Part shown: positions 1 to 64,000 of the stretch, in pieces | Layout of the letters: each line of letters starts with the position of its first letter | How positions within the stretch are numbered: the stretch's first letter is position 1 | Source: Glycera tridactyla | Lineage: Eukaryota | Assembly: GCA_965644265.1 (NCBI GenBank) | Contig: OZ286474.1 | Coordinates: 40,486,001-40,550,000 of the forward strand | Reading direction: 5' to 3' | DNA length: 64,000 nt | Position numbers and translations under genes: made by a program | Notes under the pieces: model-generated | What the model was told of the DNA's origin: nothing | Databases searched by the model: none | Seen by the model: the letters and a program-made list of their open reading frames with translations, nothing else

Positions 1-1270
1 GTGATGTCGCTTGGCTATGAATGTCAGTGTGAGAAGGTGGGATCCCTTCTCTCGTTGTGACTAGTAGCAGGAGTTGCCACAAATAAGTCAACGACGTGGA
101 GTTCCAGTTCAACATTTATTCCCCAGTATACATCAGGCAGACATAGTGTAAATACTACGATGTAATACTGTGGGGAAAGAAGTCCGCCAGCCCATGGAGC
201 ACACACTCGACCAGCGTGGACCCAGCTCAAGGAATGGTCTGACGGTGCTTCCTTCTCCCACGTATTTATATGTTTCAGGCACACAAGTCATTACCATGGG
301 ATTACACGCACATGTACTTTATGGTTATTTTATGGTATTTTTATGATGCACATGGATTCAGAAAAGCGGGGTTCGCACTGGCTCACCCCTCGTAACTCAT
401 TGCTATCTGACATTCATGTCTTTCTTGAGAGCTTTACATTAAGATATCTTTTGCCCTAAGGCGAGGGTCAATCCAAGTGGCTCGCTTCTTGAGTCCCATT
501 ACTCAGAGTAATGGCCGTGAGTAATCCCAAGAGCGAGGGGCAGTAAAAGTTTATGGTTCGTGGCTAATACAGGAGACGGGGCGTCTTATCCCCCACAGCT
601 GTGCAAAAGGCTAGAAATCAGGCTCTTTAGATGAGACAGCCATATGGTGGCTGACAGGTGCATCATCTCCAGTTCCCCTGCTATCCACTGACAGGCCCTA
701 GCAACAGGGGTAGCGTCCATGGTAGCTAAGATGGCCGCCCAACCTGGATGCTGTCTGGTCTGGGCTAAACTTCTCATTCTTCATGACATTTTTATATGTG
801 AAAGGTCATGTGAATGACCTTGAATATGGGTCAGGCATGTAGCTGATAATTGAATCTCTAGACTGTGAGGTCATTTGCACTATATGAACTTTGGGTCACT
901 GTCTGGACTTTGGCTTTCTATGTGAAACACAACTCTGTATGTTGGGAGTCAGTGTAAAGATTAGTGGTCACACAGGAAATTAATTATCTATTGATTTGAG
1001 CCGATTACAGCCTAATCACATAAATGTTGTCAAAGGATATCACCTTGTGGACAGTTTGGATGCTTATCATATGTGGATCAAATTTCCTTGATGTGCAACA
1101 TGCATGTGTTTATGGAGTATGTACCCCCCCCCCCCCCATATCAGCTTGATTGCACCACCAGCTGGGTGGAGGTATGTGCTCCCTAGCAGCATACTGGCCA
1201 TCAACCCAGCACTGGGAGGACTATTGGCTCTGCCATCATTGGTCTATTGAAACAGGTCCAGCTATATGTA

Positions 1271-1418
1271 CAGTCGAACCTCTCTATAAAGACCACGGGA
1301 GGCAGTCTCTATAGGGAGGTCATTTACTATTGAAAATACTAGAATGGTCACATCTCAGGATGGTCTTTATAGGGAGGTGGTCTTTATAGAGAGGTGGTCT
1401 TCAGAGGAGGTTTGACTG
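1271..1418. mobile_element. Tc1/mariner-pogo-type MITE (family A)
   Basis: TA|CAGTCGAACCTC...GAGGTTTGACTG|TA; terminal inverted repeats, TA duplication, internal AAAGACCAC/GTGGTCTTT subrepeats; related copies elsewhere in window. Confidence 0.8.
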
Positions 1419-1650
1419 TATATGTATGACATATGTATTAAAAAATGTGATATCTAGCCTGAATTCAACCCTCCACAGGCTTTATATGCATTATTGCCAT
1501 GAATTTTAGAAATTAGAACTACCAAGGATCTTCACTGATCTTTCTGTTATGAGAGAGTGATGACCTGCATTTTCAGAATATAGAAAGCGTATCTGAATCT
1601 AGTCGAGAATATTGCACAATGATGCATAGTTGTTGAAGGATGAGCTTGTA

Positions 1651-1777
1651 CAGTGAATCCTGCGAAAAGTGACCCTCTATCCTACATAGTCGAATATACC
1701 TTGAATGAGAAACCACCTCTTTTGAGAGACCACTTTTTGGTGACATTTAAGTCGGTCTCTTGTCGCAGGTTTCACTG
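1651..1777. mobile_element. TA-flanked MITE (family B)
   Basis: TA|CAGTGAATCCTGCGA...TCGCAGGTTTCACTG|TA; 14/15 TIR match. Confidence 0.75.
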
Positions 1778-2114
1778 TACCTCTATATCCCTTTCCCTGT
1801 GTGTTGGATGAGCTCACTTGCTGCATGGTCAAACTGTACCCATCACAAAGAAACTTTCCTAGAGATGGATATGTGTGCCCATAAATCACATTGACACACC
1901 ATTATCTACCAAGAGCAAAGTGTAATGTAGCAAGGGGATGAAAACTCACTGCCAAGGAATGGAGACTTGAGTTCTCTCACTACTTTGACTGATCTGTGCT
2001 GCACGTGAAATATGTTTGAGAAAGGTGTGGCAATCTGTTGATGAGCCCAGGGAATACATCTCTGATTACTATCACTTACGGGGCTGTTGTATGACATTTG
2101 TAATGTCTGTAATA

Positions 2115-2241
2115 CAGTCAAACCTGTCTATAAAGACTGCGTTTGGTCTTTATACAGAGGTCATTTACTGTTGAAAATACTACCATGGTTGTAGCTCAGG
2201 TGGTCGTTATAGAGAGGTGGTCTTTAGAGCAGGTTCGACTG
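2115..2241. mobile_element. MITE family A copy
   Basis: TA|CAGTCAAACCTG...CAGGTTCGACTG|TA; shares internal GAGGTCATTTACT.TTGAAAATACTA with the 1271 copy. Confidence 0.8.
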
Positions 2242-3202
2242 TATATGTATGTGCTGCCAGTGACACAAGAAGTGGTAGCAGCAGTGGTCATAGTCAGTTT
2301 CATCTTCATACTTACTGAATCCCATATGTACCCAGCCTAAAAATACAATACTCTACGTATGTGTGTGTGTGTGTGTGTGGGGGGGGTGGTGCATGCATGT
2401 GTATGCATGGATACACTGATGGATGCAGTCATGTATGTTTCTGTGTGATTGTATGTAAATGTGATTTGGTAGACAGATAGATAGATGAGTATCATGCATG
2501 CATACAGTTGAGATGAGTGTCCAGGATTGAAGCCCACTCTTGTTAGGCTACATCCACTAAGTTCACTTTCAAATACCATTAACTTACCAAAAATAATTTC
2601 AGACAATTTTGGTCCCATTTACATGTAGAGATTGTCTGGCATCAACCAAGGAAAAATTAGCCACCTCTCCCGCTCAAATCTGTCCCAAATCTTCAACTAA
2701 ATATTAGCAAATAAGGGCTGCCTCCAGACACTGGAATTAATGAAGAGTGTGAAGATTGGCCCATTATATCAAACATACAAATTTGTTTCTCTGAGATGAA
2801 TTTATGTATGTGGGAAATCAAGTCTGTTGTCTACTGAATAAAGTGATTTTAAAGAATCTTATTGTGATATTATCTGTAATTAGCATCTTTTATTGATGGC
2901 ATGCCAGTGTGAAGAGAGGGGGTAGATGGCGGTGGGTCAGGCTCTATCAGGATGGCTTGTAACCTGATATACCACCAGCTGTCCCTCTCCTCCTCGCTAT
3001 CTAAAAGTCACGGCCAGAACAGCCGTGCCCCCTGGATCAGATTATCTGTCCTTCATTCCAGTTTTATGGCCCAAGGCGTCGAGAGCCCTAATTTATGGGG
3101 CCATGAACTAGCTCGCTATTGCGACACAAATGTAATAGTCACGAGTTCAGTTATAGTTAGTATAATCGATTTGAGATATGAGTATCATGAGGGGGAGTAT
3201 AT

Positions 3203-3821
3203 CGCCTAGACCGATATTCACTTTCTAAAATGATCCCACGTTCAAACGTGTAGGGCCTAGGCCTGTATGAATATTGTACCAATAATGGCCTCATCAGGTT
3301 GAGTGCAGTAAGCTTAACGTGCCTTGACCAATATTTACCTTCTTAAATGATCCCACGTTCACAACGTGTAGGGCCTAGTCCTGTATGAATATTGTACCAA
3401 TAATGGCCTCATCAGGTCGAGTGCAGTAAGCTTCAAGTGCCTTGACCGATATTTACCTTCTTATATGATCCCACGTTCACAACGTGTAGGGCCTAGGCCT
3501 GTATGAATATTGTACCAATAATGGCCTCATCAGGTTGAGTGCAGTAAGCTTCATGTGCCTTGACCGATATTTACCTTCTAAAATGATCCCACGTTCACAA
3601 CGTGTAGGGCCTAGTCCTGTATGAATATTGTACCAACAATGGCCTCATCAGGTTGAGTGCAGTAAGCTTAACGTGCCTTGACCGATATTTACCTTCTAAT
3701 ATGATCCCACATTGACAACGTGTAGGGCCTAGTCCTGTATGGATATTGTACCAATAATGGCCTCATCAGGTCGAGTGCAGTAAGCTTCATGTGCCTCGAC
3801 CGATATTTACCTTCTAAAATG
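3203..3821. repeat. 118-bp tandem array, about 5.2 copies
   Basis: TGATCCCAC starts at 3231, 3348, 3466, 3584, 3702; units differ by a few substitutions; each has AAGCTT and a CACGTT-cac-AACGTG hairpin (variant in units 1 and 5). Confidence 0.95.
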
Positions 3822-5045
3822 GGGGGGACATGATTGATTGAGTACTGTTTAACGTCTCTATAACCCAGGCAGTGTTATCTGAGACGTATCCAGGGGCTCG
3901 TTTGATCAAATAGGTGGTCTTCCAAACTTAGTAGGTGATGAAAGTCCCCCTAAAATCAAGGAGGTGGTCCCACCTTGCCCTAATTCCAGTCCTCCTAGAT
4001 CGCCGGTTTAGCTGGTATAGGGGGACTATCGAAGGGGATAATTTGAATGGAATAATTTCGGTGAAACACAACTCACTGGCAATCCCCCTATCGGGAAATT
4101 AGGTGGACAAAGTCTTCTACACCACACAATTTGGGGGATTATTCGAGTTTAGTGAAACAGGCCTCAGGTTGACTATGACTATGACAGATGACTAGGCATG
4201 CAATTATAAGAGTCGTGTTCTCCACATTCTGCCGAGAAACTGGATCGTAGCAGAAAAAGCGTGGAGGCATATATCGAAGAAATTGCTGATACTTGCATTT
4301 CCACACAGAAAAATGTATTGTATGTTCACAATGAAGCTGCTCTGCCTCGAAACTGACACACTCTCACATTGGACAAGTATTTGAATAACTCCACCCCCGC
4401 GAGTGGACTGTGCCAGTTAACTTGGAGGTGAGTCATAACAATAGAATTTGCTTGCATAGGCTCTCATGCCATCATCATGAAATCTGTTGTTTGTGGAATT
4501 ACCACAGTCTGAGCACGGTACTAAACATTTCATCAATCTAAAATGATCATTGCGGTACCTATATCTGGTCTGATTAGTCAAAACAATTTGATCCATTATA
4601 GAAATTCAGGAAAGTAGCAATTAAAGCGATTTATTTCACTGATCATCACATCCATTGTGCTGACTACAGAACAATATGACTGTTTCATATAGAACCACAT
4701 TGCTCATACAAGATAGTCCCGTCATGTTGGCATGTTTAGGGAATTGTAAGATCACATGGCAGCATCGCCGAGTGGAATGTGATTCATTGATGTCAGGCAG
4801 CGAACCAACTAACCAGATACAGATACAGATACCGGCATTTTTATTGCATAAGATATTATGCATAGATGGTATTTACAAAGGACCCTACCGGGTCATACTA
4901 TATGCTTATGCAAACAAGTAGAAATTGCTACACATGAGAACAATAACAACTGTATTTCTACACTATCATACACTCTTCCATTCACACCTCCACTCTTTTA
5001 CCCTTGTGTATATCATGCTTGGTCGAAAAAAACAGTAGAATATCT

Positions 5046-6011
5046 AATAACCATCACCAGCCAACCAACTGACCAAACTTGCCCCCTTGGTATCTCGATA
5101 ATGAAAGTAGGTTTCAGATTTGATTTTCTTGCTATGCAAGTCATCATGTGTATTATAATCATCGTCAAATCTGTTTGTTGCGTATTTGTAGTTTTGCTGG
5201 CTCGCCATTAAGAGAGCATGTGTAGATATACTTCGACTGGAAATGGTGCTCTCACTCGGTGTATGAATACGCAAACTACTGCTGTTCAACCTATACATAA
5301 TTCGCACAACCCGGTTGTTCTAGAGGTGTAACTGTGTGAATGTTTGTCCAAAAAGAGAGTTCGTCAGTTCACAGGCAGAGCATCATGAATATTGAATATT
5401 ATCTCATGTGTGGAAACGCAGGTGTTCAAAATAGCCGATCTGACAAATTGTCACACATGCCATGGTGATCTCGTTTTATTCATACACCTACCGAGAGTTA
5501 TATCTCCACTCAGTCAAAGTATGGACAATTGCCCATGGGTGAATTATCTGTAGTCAAACAGCGATGATTACATAGAGATGGGAGAGAATAAATCATGATC
5601 TGCTTGATGATCCTGCCAAGCGATCTAACAAGACGCTCATCATGCAAATATGATGTGACCATTTTCATGAGCAATCACATAATGAAGAAAGGGCAGGATT
5701 GTTCGAAAGTCCACACCAAAAACGAGATGATCTGAGGATCGAATTGCTTTTATTGCCAATTTGATCCATTTCTATGTTGAAGAGGATTGTTTTGACACAT
5801 CATGTTAGATACATGTACCACTGATCCAACACTGATATAATTTTTATGACTGTCTTCAGGAAATGACAGATTCGCAACAAACAGATTTGGCGATGGTTAT
5901 GATAAACATGATGACTTGCATATCAACGAAATCAATCCGAAACCTACTCCCATTATCGGGATGCCAATTGGGCGAGGTTGTTTGATCGATTGGGTGGCTG
6001 GTAAGTTATTT
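5046..6011. repeat. Long imperfect inverted repeat (arms about 5046-5182 and 5873-6011)
   Basis: CGCAACAAACAGATTTG...CATGATGACTTGCATA...GAAACCTACT..CATTATCG occurs on + at 5873 and on - at 5182. Confidence 0.8.
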
Positions 6012-6196
6012 GGTTGGTTGGTTGGTTAGTTGGTTGGTTGGATGGATGGTTGGTTAGTTGGTTAGTTAGTTAGTTAGTTGGTCGATTGGTTAGTTAGTTG
6101 GTTGGTTGGTTAGTTAGTTGGTTGGTTGGTTGGTTGGTTACTTAGTTAGTTGGTTGGTTACTTAGTTAGTTGGTTAGTCGGTTAGTTAGTTGGTTG

Positions 6197-6231
<35 letters not shown>

Positions 6232-6433
6232 GGTTGGTCGGTTGGTTAGTTAGTTGGTCAATTAGTTGGTTGGTTGGTTAGTTGGTTACTTAGTTAGTTG
6301 GATGGTTGGTTGGTTGGTTGGTCAGTTGATTAGTTAGTTATTTGGTTGGTTGCCTGGTTAGTTGGTTGGTTGGTCAGATAGTCAGATGGTTGGTTGCCTG
6401 GTTAGTTGGTTGGTTGCTTGATTGGTTGCTTGG
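6011..6433. repeat. Compound (GGTT/AGTT)n microsatellite
   Basis: Direct inspection. Confidence 0.95.
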
Positions 6434-7029
6434 TTTTCCCACGCGCATGCTTGAAACCTTTCACTCACACTTCAACTTTTCTGCTCGTGATAGAGTAGCT
6501 TTCAAAAACACACTGAAACACCCATGCGAAGGGTATTTGGCTCGTCCCATACGCCTTTAATGGTAGACGAAGTGATATGGAAAAAACAGATTGATCGATT
6601 GACTGACTGATATAACCGATGACTAGTATAGCTAGAGCACATCTCACCAAAGGCAAATACAGCACAAATCATCCCATGCCGTTTGAGAGTTGATGGCAGG
6701 TCTAAAATTGCTGTAATTGTGCGAAGAGAAAATTTGTGATTTCTCAAATTCGTCAGAAACCAAACCCCTTGTCAACACGAGGCGAAAGCATGATCGTGCA
6801 GTGATTTCGTAACCATCCTGATATTGTTTTGTAATGCTCCTATTTTATATAACAGTAGTATTTCGACAGTTCAGATCAATATCTGACTATACTGTTTATG
6901 TAAGCCCAAACTGACATCTGGCGTGATTTTGAATCAACCGGCAGCCAACGGGGATGACTCCGAATGGGGTACTGAGGTGGTTTCACCACCATACGCTGAT
7001 GGGACCAAGCCATTAGCCAAAATGCTATA

Positions 7030-7205
7030 CAGTCGAACCTGATCCAAAGACCACATCTCTCTACAAACCACATTTATGAGGTTCACCCTGAGCACTGACC
7101 GTGGTAGTATTTCCAACAGTTAATGACCTCTCAGTAAAGGCATCCTGCCTGACAAATGTACTCATCGATACGACGAAAGGTGGTCTTCTTGAACAGGTTC
7201 GGCTG
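7030..7205. mobile_element. MITE family A-related copy
   Basis: TA|CAGTCGAACCTG...CAGGTTCGGCTG|TA. Confidence 0.72.
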
Positions 7206-8395
7206 TATGCTGGAATATGTGTTAAGTTTTCTGCCAAATTACTATATGCTGTAACTCGCAGAAGTCATTATCAAAGTGCTAAATGCTAGATCTTCTTCAT
7301 AGTGAATAGCCAAATTGCCAAATGCCAAAACGTATGTAGAACTATCAGCAAAATCGCTGTATGCTGATACTTGTGTAGTTCTGGTTAAAAAAGTATACTG
7401 ATTTTTAGCTGAATTGGTCAAAATATGTTCATATATTCACCTGAACTATCGCATCTGTTGCCTCCTCACCGTGAAATTTAGGGTTTTGAAATTCGTGAGT
7501 ACCAGGTGAAATATTCACTGGTGAAGTACAACCGAAATTTCCGAGCTCCTGTTTGTTGACAGAAAATGAAGCAACATTTCAGCCATTGCAGCTGAGCCAT
7601 TCGATATTGTAATAGGTTTTGGTAAGCTTCTCAAGTGAACGAAGGGGATGCTTCGATTAGAAAAAAGGTTCTTCATCAGATAACGGATTGAGGCTTGGAC
7701 ACGCCCCGGGTATTCACAATCATGATCAGGGATTAGCCCAGTTAAGCTAGCAGATTTAGAGCTACGCTGATTGAAACTTCGGCATGCCATCTTGCTCATG
7801 TATCTCTTCGAATGTAGATATGGTTTTGCTTGGCATACAGCATACAGTTGGATGCGAATCTCATGTACACTGTGCATACAATGCCTTCATCATGGTCCTC
7901 TTTATTATTTGATTGTTCACATCAATCGGTAATGGTGGCGGTAGTGGTGGTGAAGGTGGTGGTGGAGGAGGTGGTGGCGGTGGTTTATATACCATTACTA
8001 GTGGTTGCAGCAGCGGCGGACAAAGTCTAGACAGCTTCAAGGGAGAAAATGATAGACATATACGTAATAATTCGCACGTAAACATGTTTCACCGAAGCTT
8101 GGTATAGAAGTTTTTGATATGAAGGCCTGCACTAATGAGTCCTCAACGACTCCAGAAAAAACACCCACGTATGTAAAAGCAATATTCTTATCAGGAACAG
8201 AATTATCATCCCTCGAACATGATGAGTCGCTTTCCTTGATATTCATATCGAAAAAAGGTATCCCTCTGTTTCATCGACACCGACCGATTTTTGTATTGCT
8301 TGCAGTATGTCATCATCACCAGAGTTGTTTACATCGTTCCATTTGGTGTGTCTCTCACATTCATGTTTTCTTGCTCAACTTGAGTTTCTCATTTC

Positions 8396-8875
8396 ATGGA
8401 TCCATGCATCCATCAATCAATCAATCTACCTATCAATTCAGCTATTTATCCATCCCTCCATCCACCCACTCATCCGTCCGCCCACCCATTTATTCATCTG
8501 TCTGTCTATCCACCTTCTCAATCAGACGTTGATTCGTTGATTTATTTTCATTTTTACATCACATGGACCTGCGCCCCTCCCACTTTACCGATTTTCCATA
8601 ACTGGTCGGAAAGAGAAGGAGGATAGGGAGGACAAGAAGCAGAATCAGGCGCAGAAGAAAAAAGGAGGAACGAAGAGGACATCGATGAGAATCAGGACAA
8701 TGAAAATGAAAATGAGGAGGAGGAGGAGGAATGGGAAGAGGGAGGATGAAGGAGAGAAGGGGAAGATGGGCCGAAGGAGGAGTAGGAGAAGAAGACGGAG
8801 GTGCAGCCGGGAGCAGCAGCGGATGGTGGTGGTGGTGGTGATGGTGGTGGTGATGGTGGTGGTGGTGGTGGTGGG
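8396..8875. repeat. Low-complexity block: (ATCC/ATCA)n then (GGA)n/(GGT)n
   Basis: Direct inspection; source of spurious poly-Pro/Thr/Val ORFs. Confidence 0.85.
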
Positions 8876-9497
8876 TTTTCTACGAATGTGATCGATTAAC
8901 CAATTCATACCCATACATAGAGTTCTACTTCACTGTACCCAAACTAGCCTACCCCCTGAAATTTCAACTCCCGGTCTACGATGTTTCATTTTGATATGTT
9001 CCATTTTAGCTTGAAAGACAGCAGACCTCATTCTGAACTTTAATATGATATTCCTCGCCGCGATATGATGACACGTATCCTTATTTCATTTTGACTTTGA
9101 TGAATCATGTCGGCTCTTCCACATCGCATCCCTACATCCGATAATACAATCCACAGTGACATCATACGCAACAGGATACATTTGAATAACTCATGAAGCA
9201 TTAAAGAATGAAATAGTGCTGCCAGTATTTGGAGTAGAGTCAGAGTTGAAGCGAGCTAAAAAGGGTGCATTAAATCACAGCTAGAGCAGAGTAGCCATAT
9301 TGAATTTTGTCCGTCCAGGATTGAGACAGATGTTGGCTTTCGCAATAGTCCTGTAGCGGCCAGTGACGTCGGATGTCATAATCCCAGATTTGTTTCTGTA
9401 CAACAGGTGCTGATCTCCACTCATGCGGCCGATTTCACCGCATGGCCAACCCCTTCAATTATCGACCCTATGGCCCGTCAGGTGGGTGTAGCGAAGA

Positions 9498-9528
9498 TAT
9501 ATAAGCCCGCACTGATTTCAGAATCAGT
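9498..9528 (+). promoter_or_regulatory. Core promoter: TATA box (TATATAAG 9498-9505) and Inr (TCAGT 9524-9528, predicted +1 at 9526)
   Basis: TATA about 28 bp upstream of a consensus Inr; no ATG between Inr and the signal-peptide ATG at 9657. Confidence 0.7.
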
Positions 9529-9656
9529 GTAACCGTGGGCACCTACCATCCCCGGACCAAGCAAGCTCAGCGAACATATATTTTTGACGTTGTTGTTTCG
9601 CACGGACCTCACAAAGAAGACAAGGGAGAGGAGAGGAAGTTGCCTACGTGGCATCT

Positions 9657-64000
<54,344 letters not shown>

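Noticed and set aside
24-777. Minus-strand ORFs 24-284 and 586-777 as exons of a neighbouring gene
   Set aside because: No recognisable domain and no convincing pair of splice sites; cannot be excluded without RNA data
1150-2345. Possible minus-strand exons near 1150-1250 and 2260-2340 (acceptor-like ends)
   Set aside because: No matching donors or coherent reading frame; interleaved with MITEs
3203-3821. CRISPR-like array
   Set aside because: Units are near-identical over their full 118 bp with no unique spacers, no cas genes, and the DNA is spliceosomal-intron-rich eukaryotic
3830-3890. TGATTGATTG...TGTTTAACGTC resembling the reversed tail of a SINE
   Set aside because: No A/B boxes or second copy found in the window
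5044-5307. 87-aa minus-strand ORF
   Set aside because: Coincides with one arm of the inverted repeat; the other arm is not an intact equivalent ORF
6342-8914. ORFs rich in W/L/V, poly-Pro, poly-Gly, poly-Thr
   Set aside because: Translations of microsatellites and low-complexity DNA
9290-9465. Minus-strand stop-free stretch GWPCGEIGRMSGDQHLLYRNKSG...
   Set aside because: Overlaps the proximal promoter, no start or splice context, no recognisable family

Overview
Eukaryotic (animal, probably marine invertebrate) genomic DNA, not prokaryotic. About 54 kb of the window is one plus-strand gene that I assembled by hand from GT-AG splice sites: 66 coding exons (9657-64000), 9153 nt = 3051 codons, every junction phase-compatible, no internal stop, running off the right edge inside a Thr/Ser/Pro-rich exon. 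The product is a giant secreted gel-forming-mucin / SCO-spondin / hemolectin-type protein: signal peptide - EMI-like domain - 5 EGF repeats - complete D1-D2-D'-D3 assembly (VWD-C8-TIL-E; GDPH only in D3; no furin site) - then a long beads-on-a-string region where TIL, VWC-like, orphan Cys-rich and three divergent F5/8-type-C (discoidin)-like domains are separated by short Thr-rich linkers, seven of them encoded by symmetric 15-45 nt micro-exons - start of a PTS domain. A TATA box and Inr precede exon 1. Bases 1-9400 contain no coding sequence I can support; they hold TA-flanked MITEs, a 118-bp tandem array, a long imperfect inverted repeat and microsatellites. Two N gaps (9845-9990, 56495-56732) are intronic. 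Most short ORFs in the supplied track are exon fragments, antisense shadows or simple repeats. No homology searches were run; family calls rest on motif recognition.
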